Made by a program: the position numbers and the translations under genes. The notes beneath the pieces are model-generated. The model worked only from the letters and a program-made list of their open reading frames with translations, searched no databases and was not told the DNA's origin. Positions 44,907 through 53,251 of a stretch of 53,251 nt of DNA are shown in pieces. The DNA is from Minisyncoccia bacterium (GTDB lineage Bacteria; Patescibacteriota; Minisyncoccia; Phycocordibacterales; PALSA-1337): the NCBI GenBank assembly GCA_044234345.1, contig JBIIIW010000002.1, positions 1 to 53,251 of the forward strand, read 5' to 3'. How positions within the stretch are numbered: position 1 is the stretch's first letter; each line of letters starts with the position of its first letter.

Positions 44907-46205
44907 GTGAACTACAAAGAATTCTTCAATAAAAAAAGTATAGCAGTGATAGGTCTAGGACCACATGGAGAGATGGTCCCTGATATCAAATTTTTGCTTA
45001 GAAACAAGGCAAATGTTGCTGTATATGATATGAGAAGCGAGAGAAGGATGAAGGACTATGTAACTAGCCTTAAGGACTACGGTCTAGATAGGTACTCTTT
45101 CGGTAAGATAAATGATGAAGAATTATCTAACTTTGATCTAATAATACTTTCTCCAGAAATATCCAAGAAATCATTCTTCCTTAAGAAAGCAATACAATCA
45201 GAAATTCAGATAGAGTTTCCTGAAACCCTATTCTTCAAACTCTCTCCACCTATAACACTTGTGGGTATACTAGGTTTGTATGGTAAGACAACTATATTCA
45301 ATATACTGCTTAATATTCTTAAGAAGTCTTTTGAGAATTACAAGAATCAAGGAATATTCGCAATTGATCCAGAATCCAACTCTGGAGCGCTATTACATCT
45401 TAAGAAAATTAAGAAGGATGATGTAGTAATTGCTCGTATTCCAGAGAGCATGATATCTCACTATCACGATATACATATCAGTCCTCATGTAGCTGTGATT
45501 ACATCTAAGATTAATTTTGATATCCTAGACTATCAAACATATAACAACTTCATAGTTGCTTCAGACAAGGTGGTGGATAGTATAAAAAAGGAGAAGGATG
45601 GAGTACTAAAAGCTAAGATACTTAGAACAAGATCAAGTACTGTACCTACTGATTGGATAGTTAACACAAAAGGTAAACATGATAGAGATAACATATCACT
45701 AATATTACAAACTAGTGAGCTATTCAAAGTCTCTCCAGAGATTGTTAGAGAAGTAGTTGAAGATATTGCATATAATAAAGGATGTTTGGAGTTCGTTAAG
45801 AAGGTATCAAATGTTGAGTTCTATAATGACTCGAATTCAATAACTCCACACTCAACAGTCTCTGCATTGGAGTCTTTTGCTAATAACAAAGACATTGTAC
45901 TCATAATCGGTGGTGCATATACAGGACATGACTATACAGAATTAGTTAAGAGTATTAAGGAGTATATGCCTAAGGTGATATTGATAGCTGGTAGTGGGAG
46001 TCTTGGTATACGTAACAATATATCAGAGATAGAGAATATATCATTTACTCAATCAATATCTCTAGAGGAAGCTGTATCTAAGTCATTAGAGATATCAAAC
46101 AAGGGAGGTGTAGTAATATTTAGTCCAGGTTTTGATGCTGTTGGGGTGCATATATCTAGAAAAGAAAGGGGAGAAAGATTCGTAAAGATAGTAAAATCTC
46201 TCTAA
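44907..46205 (+). CDS. murD: Divergent MurD-like Mur ligase (UDP-MurNAc-L-Ala--D-Glu ligase)
   Basis: GTG start. N-terminal Rossmann IAVIGLGPHG, a P-loop variant GLYGKTT, and the C-terminal FYNDSNSITP...LIIGGAYTGHDY, which parallels MurD NDSKATN...GGxDKGxD. Confidence 0.7.
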   Translation: MNYKEFFNKKSIAVIGLGPHGEMVPDIKFLLRNKANVAVYDMRSERRMKDYVTSLKDYGLDRYSFGKINDEELSNFDLIILSPEISKKSFFLKKAIQSEIQIEFPETLFFKLSPPITLVGILGLYGKTTIFNILLNILKKSFENYKNQGIFAIDPESNSGALLHLKKIKKDDVVIARIPESMISHYHDIHISPHVAVITSKINFDILDYQTYNNFIVASDKVVDSIKKEKDGVLKAKILRTRSSTVPTDWIVNTKGKHDRDNISLILQTSELFKVSPEIVREVVEDIAYNKGCLEFVKKVSNVEFYNDSNSITPHSTVSALESFANNKDIVLIIGGAYTGHDYTELVKSIKEYMPKVILIAGSGSLGIRNNISEIENISFTQSISLEEAVSKSLEISNKGGVVIFSPGFDAVGVHISRKERGERFVKIVKSL

Positions 46206-47077
46206 TCACCACATATCATACAAACAACCGATCCATTCCACTCTCTGCCTGTATATACTGCTTGCATAAGTCCAGCAACTGATAGGGCACTGTTTGTAGA
46301 TATAGCTATCTCTGTATTCTTCAATACTAATTCTTGAGCAACTGATATCTGTTCATTGCTTGCAATCCAAGCACTCCCGTTATTCCCCTTAATTAACTCA
46401 ATTAATACATTCTTCCTAATTGCAGTCTGATCTACGATAGCATCAGCAATAGATAGTTCATCAATTGGCAAATCATCAATTAACTCATTTGATATCGGAT
46501 GACATGATGATGTCTGAACAATATGTACTTCAACAGCTCTGCCTTTGTCTTTAAAGAATTGAGATAGGGCTTGAGCGGTAGTACCTGAAGATGTACCGAT
46601 AAAGACAGCATTAAGATCTGGTATCTCTAGTAATTCATCTGCTAGTGATTTGTAACCCTCCAAAGCAATGTCGTCTGTAGATTGTCGCAGTGCCTTAACA
46701 CTAGGGTCCTTTGTTATGTTAAACAAAGTCTGTATTGGTCTGTCGTGTGAAGTAATACTAATCTGATCATTCTTGAATTGCTCAAGCTTACGTAGCTTCT
46801 TTGTAGTTATGTGTTGCCCAACAAGTATATCTAGTTTGATCTTGTTGAAGTTCCCCTTGTTAAGTTTCTGTACATGAAATGCTGCTGCTAGAGCTGCATT
46901 ACCTGAAGAAGAGATTGCGAAGTGATTGATACCAGTAGATACATAGCTATCAATCATAACAGGGATAGATCTACCCTTATGAGACCCATACGGATGAAGA
47001 TCCTCTCTTTTGAGATAGAGAGACTTCATTTCTAGTGATTCTGCTAGTTTAGGATATGATTCCTGTCTTGTAATCAT
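46202..47077 (-). CDS. PLP-dependent enzyme of the tryptophan-synthase-beta (PALP) fold family
   Basis: 291 aa. LYLKREDLHPYGSHKGR carries the candidate PLP lysine, and a GTSSGTTA glycine-rich loop follows. Substrate unknown. Confidence 0.7.
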   Translation of the reverse strand: MITRQESYPKLAESLEMKSLYLKREDLHPYGSHKGRSIPVMIDSYVSTGINHFAISSSGNAALAAAFHVQKLNKGNFNKIKLDILVGQHITTKKLRKLEQFKNDQISITSHDRPIQTLFNITKDPSVKALRQSTDDIALEGYKSLADELLEIPDLNAVFIGTSSGTTAQALSQFFKDKGRAVEVHIVQTSSCHPISNELIDDLPIDELSIADAIVDQTAIRKNVLIELIKGNNGSAWIASNEQISVAQELVLKNTEIAISTNSALSVAGLMQAVYTGREWNGSVVCMICGD

Positions 47078-47135
47078 GTTGATATATTACACCATTTTAG
47101 GTAGTATTAGTAGATAACAGTTATACAGAAAATAT

Positions 47136-47300
47136 ATGAATGCAATTTGTCCAGAATGTAAAAATCAAATAGATATTACAAGATATCCATCAATTAAAGA
47201 GGGTGTAGTAATGGAGTGTAATCACTGTGGTATTACTTTAGCGGTTAAGAAGATAGAGAATGGTGTGGTGTCTAGTGAGATTGTTGATGAAGGGAAGTAA
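47136..47300 (+). CDS. LysW-like zinc-ribbon small protein, 54 aa (below the track cutoff)
   Basis: Hand translation MNAICPECKNQIDITRYPSIKEGVVMECNHCGITLAVKKIENGVVSSEIVDEGK. It has the same length and CPEC...CxxCG...LxV layout as the amino-group carrier LysW. The 3' end overlaps mpl by 29 nt, convergently. Confidence 0.5.
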   Translation: MNAICPECKNQIDITRYPSIKEGVVMECNHCGITLAVKKIENGVVSSEIVDEGK

Positions 47301-48645
47301 CTACCTCCTCAATCATCCCCCTAAACCCATGAGATCCAAGAAAGGCGATAACATCACCTTTTTTTGTGTTGTCTAACACATACTTAACAAGATCAGTATC
47401 TTCAGGAATATACATAGAACTAGTATGAGTCTTAGATATCACTGCACTTAACTCATCACCCTCCATAGGTTGTTCACTACCATCTTGAGACACCTTAAGT
47501 TTAGTTAAACGAGGAATGATAACAATATCAGCAAACTTAAATGCATTATCATACTTAACAACCGACTCCCTACTCCTACCTCCAATATTAGGCTCGAATA
47601 TACATACAATTTTGCCAGAATATATATCTCTTAGATTTCTAAGAACATTACCTGCTTTTTCTGGAGAGTGTGCAATATCATCAAAGATTACAATATCACC
47701 ATCAAGTCTTTTCTCCAGTCTTCTCTTAAGACCCTTGAATTCAGAAATGGCTTTAACAATTATATCTGTAGGTATGCCTAGTTTGTCTGCCATAGCAAAA
47801 CATCCAGTAATGTTCTCAGCTTGGAAGTCACCAATCATCTGAGAATTAATCACAATTCCATTTATCTTAAAATGCAATCCATTAGTATCCTGAACAACAT
47901 CACTGTAAACATAATCTCCGCTACTCTTACCGTACCATACAGCATTTGTAACCAATTCCTTTACCTTCATGTTATCGCTATTAGCCACAATGAATCCAGA
48001 TTGCGGAATATTCTTAATTAAACTCCTAAATGCATCGAAATAGCTTTCTTCAGTAGGGTATAGGTCGGCATGATCCCAAGATACAGCAGAGAGTAGGAGG
48101 TGAGTAGGTTTGTAGTATACAAACTTAGGCGTCTTGTCTGTTGGTGAACTCTTGTATTCATCTCCCTCAAATACACTGTACTTGCTATCAGTAAGTTTTG
48201 CAGATGCAGAATGTGATAGCGATACACCACCAAACATATATGTAGGATTAAATTGAGCTTGTTCTAGTATGTATGATAGCAGGGCAGTAGAAGAAGTCTT
48301 ACCCCATGTTCCAGTAGATACGATAGAGTACTCCTTAACAAAAAACTTACCTATAGCTTCAGCAAATGAATATATTGGTATATTGTTTTCTTTAGCAAAT
48401 ATAGTTTCAGGATTAGATGTACCAGATGCAGTACCAACAATTACAATATCAGGCCTTCCCATATTCTCAGGATGCCAACCAGCATAGAAAGAAATATTAT
48501 GCTTCTCTAGTTCAGTAGATACAGGAGGAAAAAACCCCTTATCAGATCCAGTTACCTTGTAACCTCTGTCGTGGAAGGCAATAGCTAGAGCACTAGTAGC
48601 TACTCCGCAGATGCCGACTATGTGTATGTGTTTGTTATTTTCCAT
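47272..48645 (-). CDS. mpl: Mpl-like Mur ligase (UDP-MurNAc:tripeptide ligase / MurC relative)
   Basis: 457 aa. IHIVGICGVATSALAIAFHDRGYKVTGSDKGFFPPVSTELEK parallels the E. coli Mpl N-terminus. The P-loop is GTWGKTS. Confidence 0.8.
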   Translation of the reverse strand: MENNKHIHIVGICGVATSALAIAFHDRGYKVTGSDKGFFPPVSTELEKHNISFYAGWHPENMGRPDIVIVGTASGTSNPETIFAKENNIPIYSFAEAIGKFFVKEYSIVSTGTWGKTSSTALLSYILEQAQFNPTYMFGGVSLSHSASAKLTDSKYSVFEGDEYKSSPTDKTPKFVYYKPTHLLLSAVSWDHADLYPTEESYFDAFRSLIKNIPQSGFIVANSDNMKVKELVTNAVWYGKSSGDYVYSDVVQDTNGLHFKINGIVINSQMIGDFQAENITGCFAMADKLGIPTDIIVKAISEFKGLKRRLEKRLDGDIVIFDDIAHSPEKAGNVLRNLRDIYSGKIVCIFEPNIGGRSRESVVKYDNAFKFADIVIIPRLTKLKVSQDGSEQPMEGDELSAVISKTHTSSMYIPEDTDLVKYVLDNTKKGDVIAFLGSHGFRGMIEEVVTSLHQQSH

Positions 48646-49270
48646 TTAATATATCCTTTACCTCCCCCAAATCCTTCTTCCACTCCTTACCATCAAACCA
48701 TTCAATACCACTAAACTGTAACTTGTATATATCACTAGGTCTCTGTAGGGATCCAAGATATACATATTTTAAACCATTAACCTTAGCTTGAGAAATGACC
48801 TTTGTCATCATTATAATCCCCATATCCTTTACACTCTTACCAATATCATAGAAAGGGTAGCAATAGTGGATCATGTGAGAGTTCTCATAACATATAGCGT
48901 AACCAAGTTTAGAGAACGAGAACAAGGAATTAAAGTTATGATTAGTTGTTAATAGCTCCTTAATCTTGTTTGCAGAAAAAGCACCATTAGCCTTTACATC
49001 ATAGAAGTCTTTAGCCATCTTACCAATCTCAAAGCTATAGTCTGAATATGGAATACCATACTTCTCCATGATAACCTCTTCACCCTTACGTAATATCCTT
49101 CTGTTCTCGCTACTAAGCTCAAATGCACTTAAATCAATACGAACACTTCTAGTCTGATGCATTACACCCACATCAATTCTGGTAAACACAAAACCATTGT
49201 CATACATTCGAGTAATACTTTCAGCAGACTCTAAAGTAACCTTTTCCTCTTTCCAGTGTAAATATTCCAT
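48635..49270 (-). CDS. ATE/Bpt-like aminoacyl-tRNA--protein transferase homologue (C-terminal domain only)
   Basis: 211 aa. RSVRIDLSAFELSSENRRILRK and YCYPFYD...GLKYVYLGS...IYKLQFSGIEWFDGKEW resemble the ATE_C/Bpt signatures. The gene is tightly packed between mraY and mpl. Confidence 0.6.
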   Translation of the reverse strand: MEYLHWKEEKVTLESAESITRMYDNGFVFTRIDVGVMHQTRSVRIDLSAFELSSENRRILRKGEEVIMEKYGIPYSDYSFEIGKMAKDFYDVKANGAFSANKIKELLTTNHNFNSLFSFSKLGYAICYENSHMIHYCYPFYDIGKSVKDMGIIMMTKVISQAKVNGLKYVYLGSLQRPSDIYKLQFSGIEWFDGKEWKKDLGEVKDILNGK

Positions 49271-49271
49271 A

Positions 49272-50399
49272 CTAGTGTAGAGCTAACCAGATACCAAAGA
49301 CAACAAACACAAAGTGAATTATCCAAAATCTCATGATTGTCTTCTCCTCACTCCATCCTTTAATCTCAAAATGATGATGTATGGGTGCCATCTTAAATAT
49401 TCTTCTTGAAAGAACATACTTACCAAAGACTTGAATAACAACACTAAAGGCTTCGATATAGAAAACAAAACCTAGGAAGAATATAGAACCAATTTCTCCA
49501 ATAGCTACAGTGTTAACAGCAAACAAAGCACCAAGACCTAGAGATCCAACATCACCCATCATAAAGCGTGCGGGTTTAATATTAAAATACGTATACGTAA
49601 CCAATGCTCCAACTACAGTAGCGTTTAGAATAGCTATCTCTCCAAAACCATTAATCCAACTTAGGAGAGTAAGGGCACTAAAAGAAGAGATGAGCATTCC
49701 TCCAGCCAGTCCATCCATACCATCAGCAATGTTAACAGCATTAGCTGTAAACATAACGACTAGGATAATGAAAGGAATGATGAGCCAACCAGCATATAGG
49801 TCATAACCAAAAGGGAAGTATATATAGTGCCAAGCAGTACCAAGCTTGTCATATATCCACCATGCAGTTATAGATCCAGCAGCGAATTGCAAAAGGAGCT
49901 TCTCATGAACATGTATACCTCTACTTGATCTAGATCCAATCCATACAGATGTTCTCTTGAATATTGACCATGGAAGAGTAACTATATACCAAAGTCTCAT
50001 CTTGAATTCCTTGTGAACTCTAATCAAAGTTAGTATCTGAGAAAGTTTACGAGATCTACGCTCAGCACCAAAAACGTTCAATAGGTCATCCACTGCTCCA
50101 AGTAATGCGGAGAGTAGCATCACTCCAATTGGAACCCAAGTATATCCTCTAGACCAGTTAAGGAAATATGTAATAACTGCAACAGTGATGATTACAAGAA
50201 GACCTCCCATCACAGGTGTAAAATCCTTACCTCTTTGAGAAGCGATATTCTCAAGCTCCTTCTTCTGTCCCTTGAATACCTCAAAACCGTAAAGTAGCTT
50301 GATTAGTAATGGGGACCAAATAAAGGCCATAACACAAGACAAAAGAGCGAAACCAAGGATAAATGCTAGATCAGCTGTTCCTTCTAATATACTTATCAT
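49272..50399 (-). CDS. mraY: Phospho-N-acetylmuramoyl-pentapeptide transferase
   Basis: 376 aa from the ATG at 50399 (MISILEGTADLAF...). Motifs NAVNIADGMDGLA and MGDVGSLGLGA. The upstream 92 codons of the track ORF overlap the divergent gene and look spurious. Confidence 0.9.
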   Translation of the reverse strand: MISILEGTADLAFILGFALLSCVMAFIWSPLLIKLLYGFEVFKGQKKELENIASQRGKDFTPVMGGLLVIITVAVITYFLNWSRGYTWVPIGVMLLSALLGAVDDLLNVFGAERRSRKLSQILTLIRVHKEFKMRLWYIVTLPWSIFKRTSVWIGSRSSRGIHVHEKLLLQFAAGSITAWWIYDKLGTAWHYIYFPFGYDLYAGWLIIPFIILVVMFTANAVNIADGMDGLAGGMLISSFSALTLLSWINGFGEIAILNATVVGALVTYTYFNIKPARFMMGDVGSLGLGALFAVNTVAIGEIGSIFFLGFVFYIEAFSVVIQVFGKYVLSRRIFKMAPIHHHFEIKGWSEEKTIMRFWIIHFVFVVFGIWLALH

Positions 50400-50445
50400 A
50401 CAACATAGATTAACATAAAAGTCTCTATTATGATAATCTATATAT

Positions 50446-51198
50446 ATGAACACAAAACTAATTTCTTCTGGTGCTTTGTCGGTCATAGAGCAATACAAAG
50501 ATGTGCCATATTTCAATAACAAGACAAAGGCAAGAAGAGCAGGACTAAGAGTTGAAGTAGGTAAGGGAAGTCCAAAAGAGATACATGATGAGTTGAAGGA
50601 TATAGCATTAATTAACAAGATCGATCTAAATAACTTAGATGGTGTATCAACTAAAAAGTTGTTGGTTGATAACAATATTGGGATAGACTGCTCGGGGTTT
50701 GCATACTATGTACTAAATGAGGAGAGTATAGCTAGAGGAAAAGGAACCTTAGATAAATATCTATATTTTGTTAAAGCATCTAATTTTATTACCAGACTAA
50801 TTGTAAAATTTAAGCCTCAAACAAATACAGATGTTGTTACTCTAGCCGATGATAGGAATAGTAAGTACATACTATTGAGAGATGTTGAAGTCGGTGACAT
50901 GATAACTATGGTCGGTGGACCAGAGGGTGGAGAGAGAAACCATATACTCATTATAAACCAAATCGAATATCAAAACTTCGTACCAGTGGTATTACACTAT
51001 GCTCATTCAGTTGCCTGGCCAACAGATGGAGAATACGGACACGGATTGCATAAAGGAATAATTGAGATTACTGATATTAATAAGGGGATAACTGAACAGA
51101 GATGGATCGAACTTGAGAAGACAGGAGAAGAAAACTATACCTTCATGCGAGCACTAAAGTCCAAAACAGAAGTACGTAGGTTAAGATGGTTTAGCTAA
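50446..51198 (+). CDS. NlpC/P60-like cysteine peptidase domain protein
   Basis: 250 aa. GIDCSGFAYYVL holds the catalytic Cys motif, and His candidates follow (NHILII, HYAHS). The extended -10 TGATAATCT ends 6 nt before the ATG. Confidence 0.6.
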   Translation: MNTKLISSGALSVIEQYKDVPYFNNKTKARRAGLRVEVGKGSPKEIHDELKDIALINKIDLNNLDGVSTKKLLVDNNIGIDCSGFAYYVLNEESIARGKGTLDKYLYFVKASNFITRLIVKFKPQTNTDVVTLADDRNSKYILLRDVEVGDMITMVGGPEGGERNHILIINQIEYQNFVPVVLHYAHSVAWPTDGEYGHGLHKGIIEITDINKGITEQRWIELEKTGEENYTFMRALKSKTEVRRLRWFS

Positions 51199-52391
51199 TT
51201 AAGTAATTCAATAATATCTTTTCCTCTAGAGTTAAACTTAGTATGAGTTTCCATAATACCAAGTTTAGACTGAATACGACAAAGATCCTTATTAGGTTTA
51301 GTATTAGAGTATTTAATAACATTATATCCAGCACTAACTAATTTAGACGCATCAACTTCCTTAACATTTGTAGTAACTCTCTGTAATATTTGTGCACCGT
51401 CATTTATAGGTATTAGAGAAGAAGAAATAGGTACTCCTGTAAGTACAGATAGATGAGCATCAAAGCAAGATATACCCGGTACACCATGCATGTTAACCAT
51501 ATTCTGTAACTGTGACTCATATGTAGTGGATGCAGGCTGACGAGCATTAATCTCAATTAAGTGAAGATTGTTCCTCTCCTCGTCGTATATAACATCAATA
51601 CCAAATAGTCCTCTCCAATTAGATTTCTGCATCTTAATTGCCACTTTCTGTGCAATAGCATTAAACTCTTCTATCTGTCCTTCACTCAATATAGTGTGAG
51701 GAACACTCCAGTCATTACCAATTGTACTAAAAGCATTTTCAGTAAACGGAAGAATACCAGTAATCTGATAGCTAATATTTCCAAGAAGAATTACTGTATC
51801 TGTAACTACAATATTAACTGTAAACATTGGTCCTTTGATAAAGTCAGTTATACGCGCATCTCTGTGAGGGAACTTAGACTTAATCTCATCCAATTGCTTT
51901 TCATTAGCAACTAATATTGTTCCATCCCCAGTATGCCCATGTGACCACTGAAGGATAAAGGGTTTCTTCTCCCAAACAATATCCTTAACAGTAACTACTT
52001 TATGTGGAGGAAGTAGAGATGATAATTCAGATAGCCACTCTACTTGAGTAATCTTGTTCTCAATCTTTTCAGAAAGTTCTGCACTAGGATTAAGTAACTT
52101 CCAATTCTTCTCCTTACATAGAGATTCAATATTTGTAGTATTTTTAAAAACCAATACTTGAGCATTAAAGTTTGTGATAATTTCTTGAACTTCAGGTCTC
52201 AATAGCAGTTCATAAGTATCAAGTATTTCTTCAGAGTCAACTAGTAGTACATGCATTGGATACAGCTTCTTAATCTCCTCTGCGTACGGAGTACTGTTAG
52301 TTATGATGTGATAGTTATCACCAGGAACTCTACCAAGACCACGCTCAACGTCTCTAGTAACATATACAATATTTGTTTGATTACTTGCCAT
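51195..52391 (-). CDS. ATP-grasp family ligase
   Basis: 398 aa. The C-terminal GLFGIDVIYDEERNNLHLIEINARQPAS is the ATP-grasp Mg/ATP motif. Substrate unknown. Confidence 0.7.
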   Translation of the reverse strand: MASNQTNIVYVTRDVERGLGRVPGDNYHIITNSTPYAEEIKKLYPMHVLLVDSEEILDTYELLLRPEVQEIITNFNAQVLVFKNTTNIESLCKEKNWKLLNPSAELSEKIENKITQVEWLSELSSLLPPHKVVTVKDIVWEKKPFILQWSHGHTGDGTILVANEKQLDEIKSKFPHRDARITDFIKGPMFTVNIVVTDTVILLGNISYQITGILPFTENAFSTIGNDWSVPHTILSEGQIEEFNAIAQKVAIKMQKSNWRGLFGIDVIYDEERNNLHLIEINARQPASTTYESQLQNMVNMHGVPGISCFDAHLSVLTGVPISSSLIPINDGAQILQRVTTNVKEVDASKLVSAGYNVIKYSNTKPNKDLCRIQSKLGIMETHTKFNSRGKDIIELLN

Positions 52392-52418
52392 ATAGATAGT
52401 GTAGTATATTATATCTTT

Positions 52419-53090
52419 ATGTCTACTTTTTACGTAATAGCTACACCAATAGGGAATCTTGAGGATATAACCTTAAGAGCTATTCGTATTCTCAAAGAAG
52501 TCGATATAGTCCTATGTGAAGATACAAGAGTTACCAAGAGACTATTCGAAAAACATGGAATATCTACACCAATGCTAAGCTATCACGCACAAAGTGGTGA
52601 TACTAAAGTTGAGTTAATACTAGAAAAGATTGAGGAAGGTAAGACTATCGCTCTTGTAACTGATGCAGGTACACCAGGAATATCAGATCCAGGATCATTG
52701 CTTGTTTCAAAGATTAAAGAGAGCTATCCAGATATTAAGATAGTATCAATACCAGGTGCTTCAGCGCTAACCGCAGCGCTATCAATATCTGGCGTGCCAA
52801 CACATGAGTTCATCTTCCTCGGATTTATGCCGCATAAGAAGGGAAGAGAAACTACTTTCAAGGAAATAGCGGAAAGTGATAGAACAATAGTTTTCTATGA
52901 ATCGACGCATAGAATTCTAAAAACTTTAGAATCACTTACAAAGATTGATAAGAAGGTAACAATAGTTAGAGAGATTACTAAGATCTATGAAGAAGTATTG
53001 CAGGGTAGTGCAGAAAATATACTTAAAATATTAACTGAAACACCAGAAAAACAAAAAGGAGAGTTTGTAGTTATTGTATCCTCACAGTAA
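52419..53090 (+). CDS. rsmI: 16S rRNA (cytidine1402-2'-O)-methyltransferase
   Basis: FYVIATPIGNLEDITLRAIRILKEVDIVLCEDTR and TDAGTPGISDPG motifs. The ATG is at 52419; the track start at 52251 overlaps the divergent gene. Confidence 0.9.
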   Translation: MSTFYVIATPIGNLEDITLRAIRILKEVDIVLCEDTRVTKRLFEKHGISTPMLSYHAQSGDTKVELILEKIEEGKTIALVTDAGTPGISDPGSLLVSKIKESYPDIKIVSIPGASALTAALSISGVPTHEFIFLGFMPHKKGRETTFKEIAESDRTIVFYESTHRILKTLESLTKIDKKVTIVREITKIYEEVLQGSAENILKILTETPEKQKGEFVVIVSSQ

Positions 53091-53133
53091 AGCAGGTATA
53101 ATAAATAAAATTAATAAAATTTAATCTAAAATT

Positions 53134-53251
53134 ATGTCAAAAAGACAATGGCTTACAGTATTGGGTGTATGGGTTGCACTATTTCTCTTCCTCGGATTTC
53201 CATCCGCATGGCATAAGATAATCGCAATTGTCTCAGGAATAGCAATCATTG
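53134..53251 (+). CDS. Start of a small membrane protein, truncated by the window end
   Basis: The ATG at 53134 opens a frame (MSKRQWLTVLGVWVALFLFLGF...) that runs to the window edge. Confidence 0.35.
   Translation, partial: MSKRQWLTVLGVWVALFLFLGFPSAWHKIIAIVSGIAII

Noticed and set aside
50400-50675. N-terminal extensions of track ORFs: mraY to 50675, rsmI from 52251, the 21898 start, the 34335 start, the 44553 start and the 41333 start.
   Set aside because: The extensions overlap neighbouring genes or terminators. In-frame ATGs preceded by -10-like boxes give products that begin at the conserved N-termini.

Overview
The window is a gene-dense, AT-rich chromosomal segment. The gene set and rRNA features look like a small-genome CPR/Patescibacteria (Parcubacteria-like) bacterium; this is inference, with no database search run.

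**Housekeeping genes:** glyQS, an M16 peptidase, metG, tatD, rpsF-ssb-rpsR, efp, recA, ftsK, rplJ-rplL, rodA, secDF, pyk, radC and rsmI.

**rRNA genes:** They are unlinked and in an unusual order. A 23S-5S unit lies at 23.7-27.4 kb and 16S-tRNA-Ile at 39.1-41.3 kb. The 23S carries two ORF-less intervening sequences at classic homing sites.

**Cell-envelope genes:**
- A peptidoglycan block holds murD, a PLP enzyme, a LysW-like zinc ribbon, mpl, an ATE/Bpt-like tRNA-transferase homologue, mraY, NlpC/P60 and an ATP-grasp enzyme.
- A surface and glycosylation block holds a PG-binding Ser/Thr-rich protein, a Wzy_C/PglL-like protein with TPR repeats, GT4, a phosphoglycosyltransferase and an epimerase.
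- There is also a large secreted beta-helix/lipase protein.

**Likely acquired DNA:** A roughly 3 kb segment at 33.1-36.4 kb carries Mrr-like, Nif3-like, HEPN-like and PIN-fusion genes. It starts where an S51 peptidase gene is truncated.

**Strongest observations read from the sequence:**
1. The 16S 3' tail lacks the CCUCC anti-Shine-Dalgarno. Genes lack SD motifs, and (extended) -10 boxes sit 6-9 nt before the start codons, which suggests leaderless translation.
2. A tRNA-dependent transferase homologue sits inside a mraY-mpl operon.
3. A 59-nt palindromic intergenic repeat brackets a small ORF cassette.

No CRISPR array, transposase or integrase was seen. All family calls are from remembered motifs and need HMM or BLAST confirmation.
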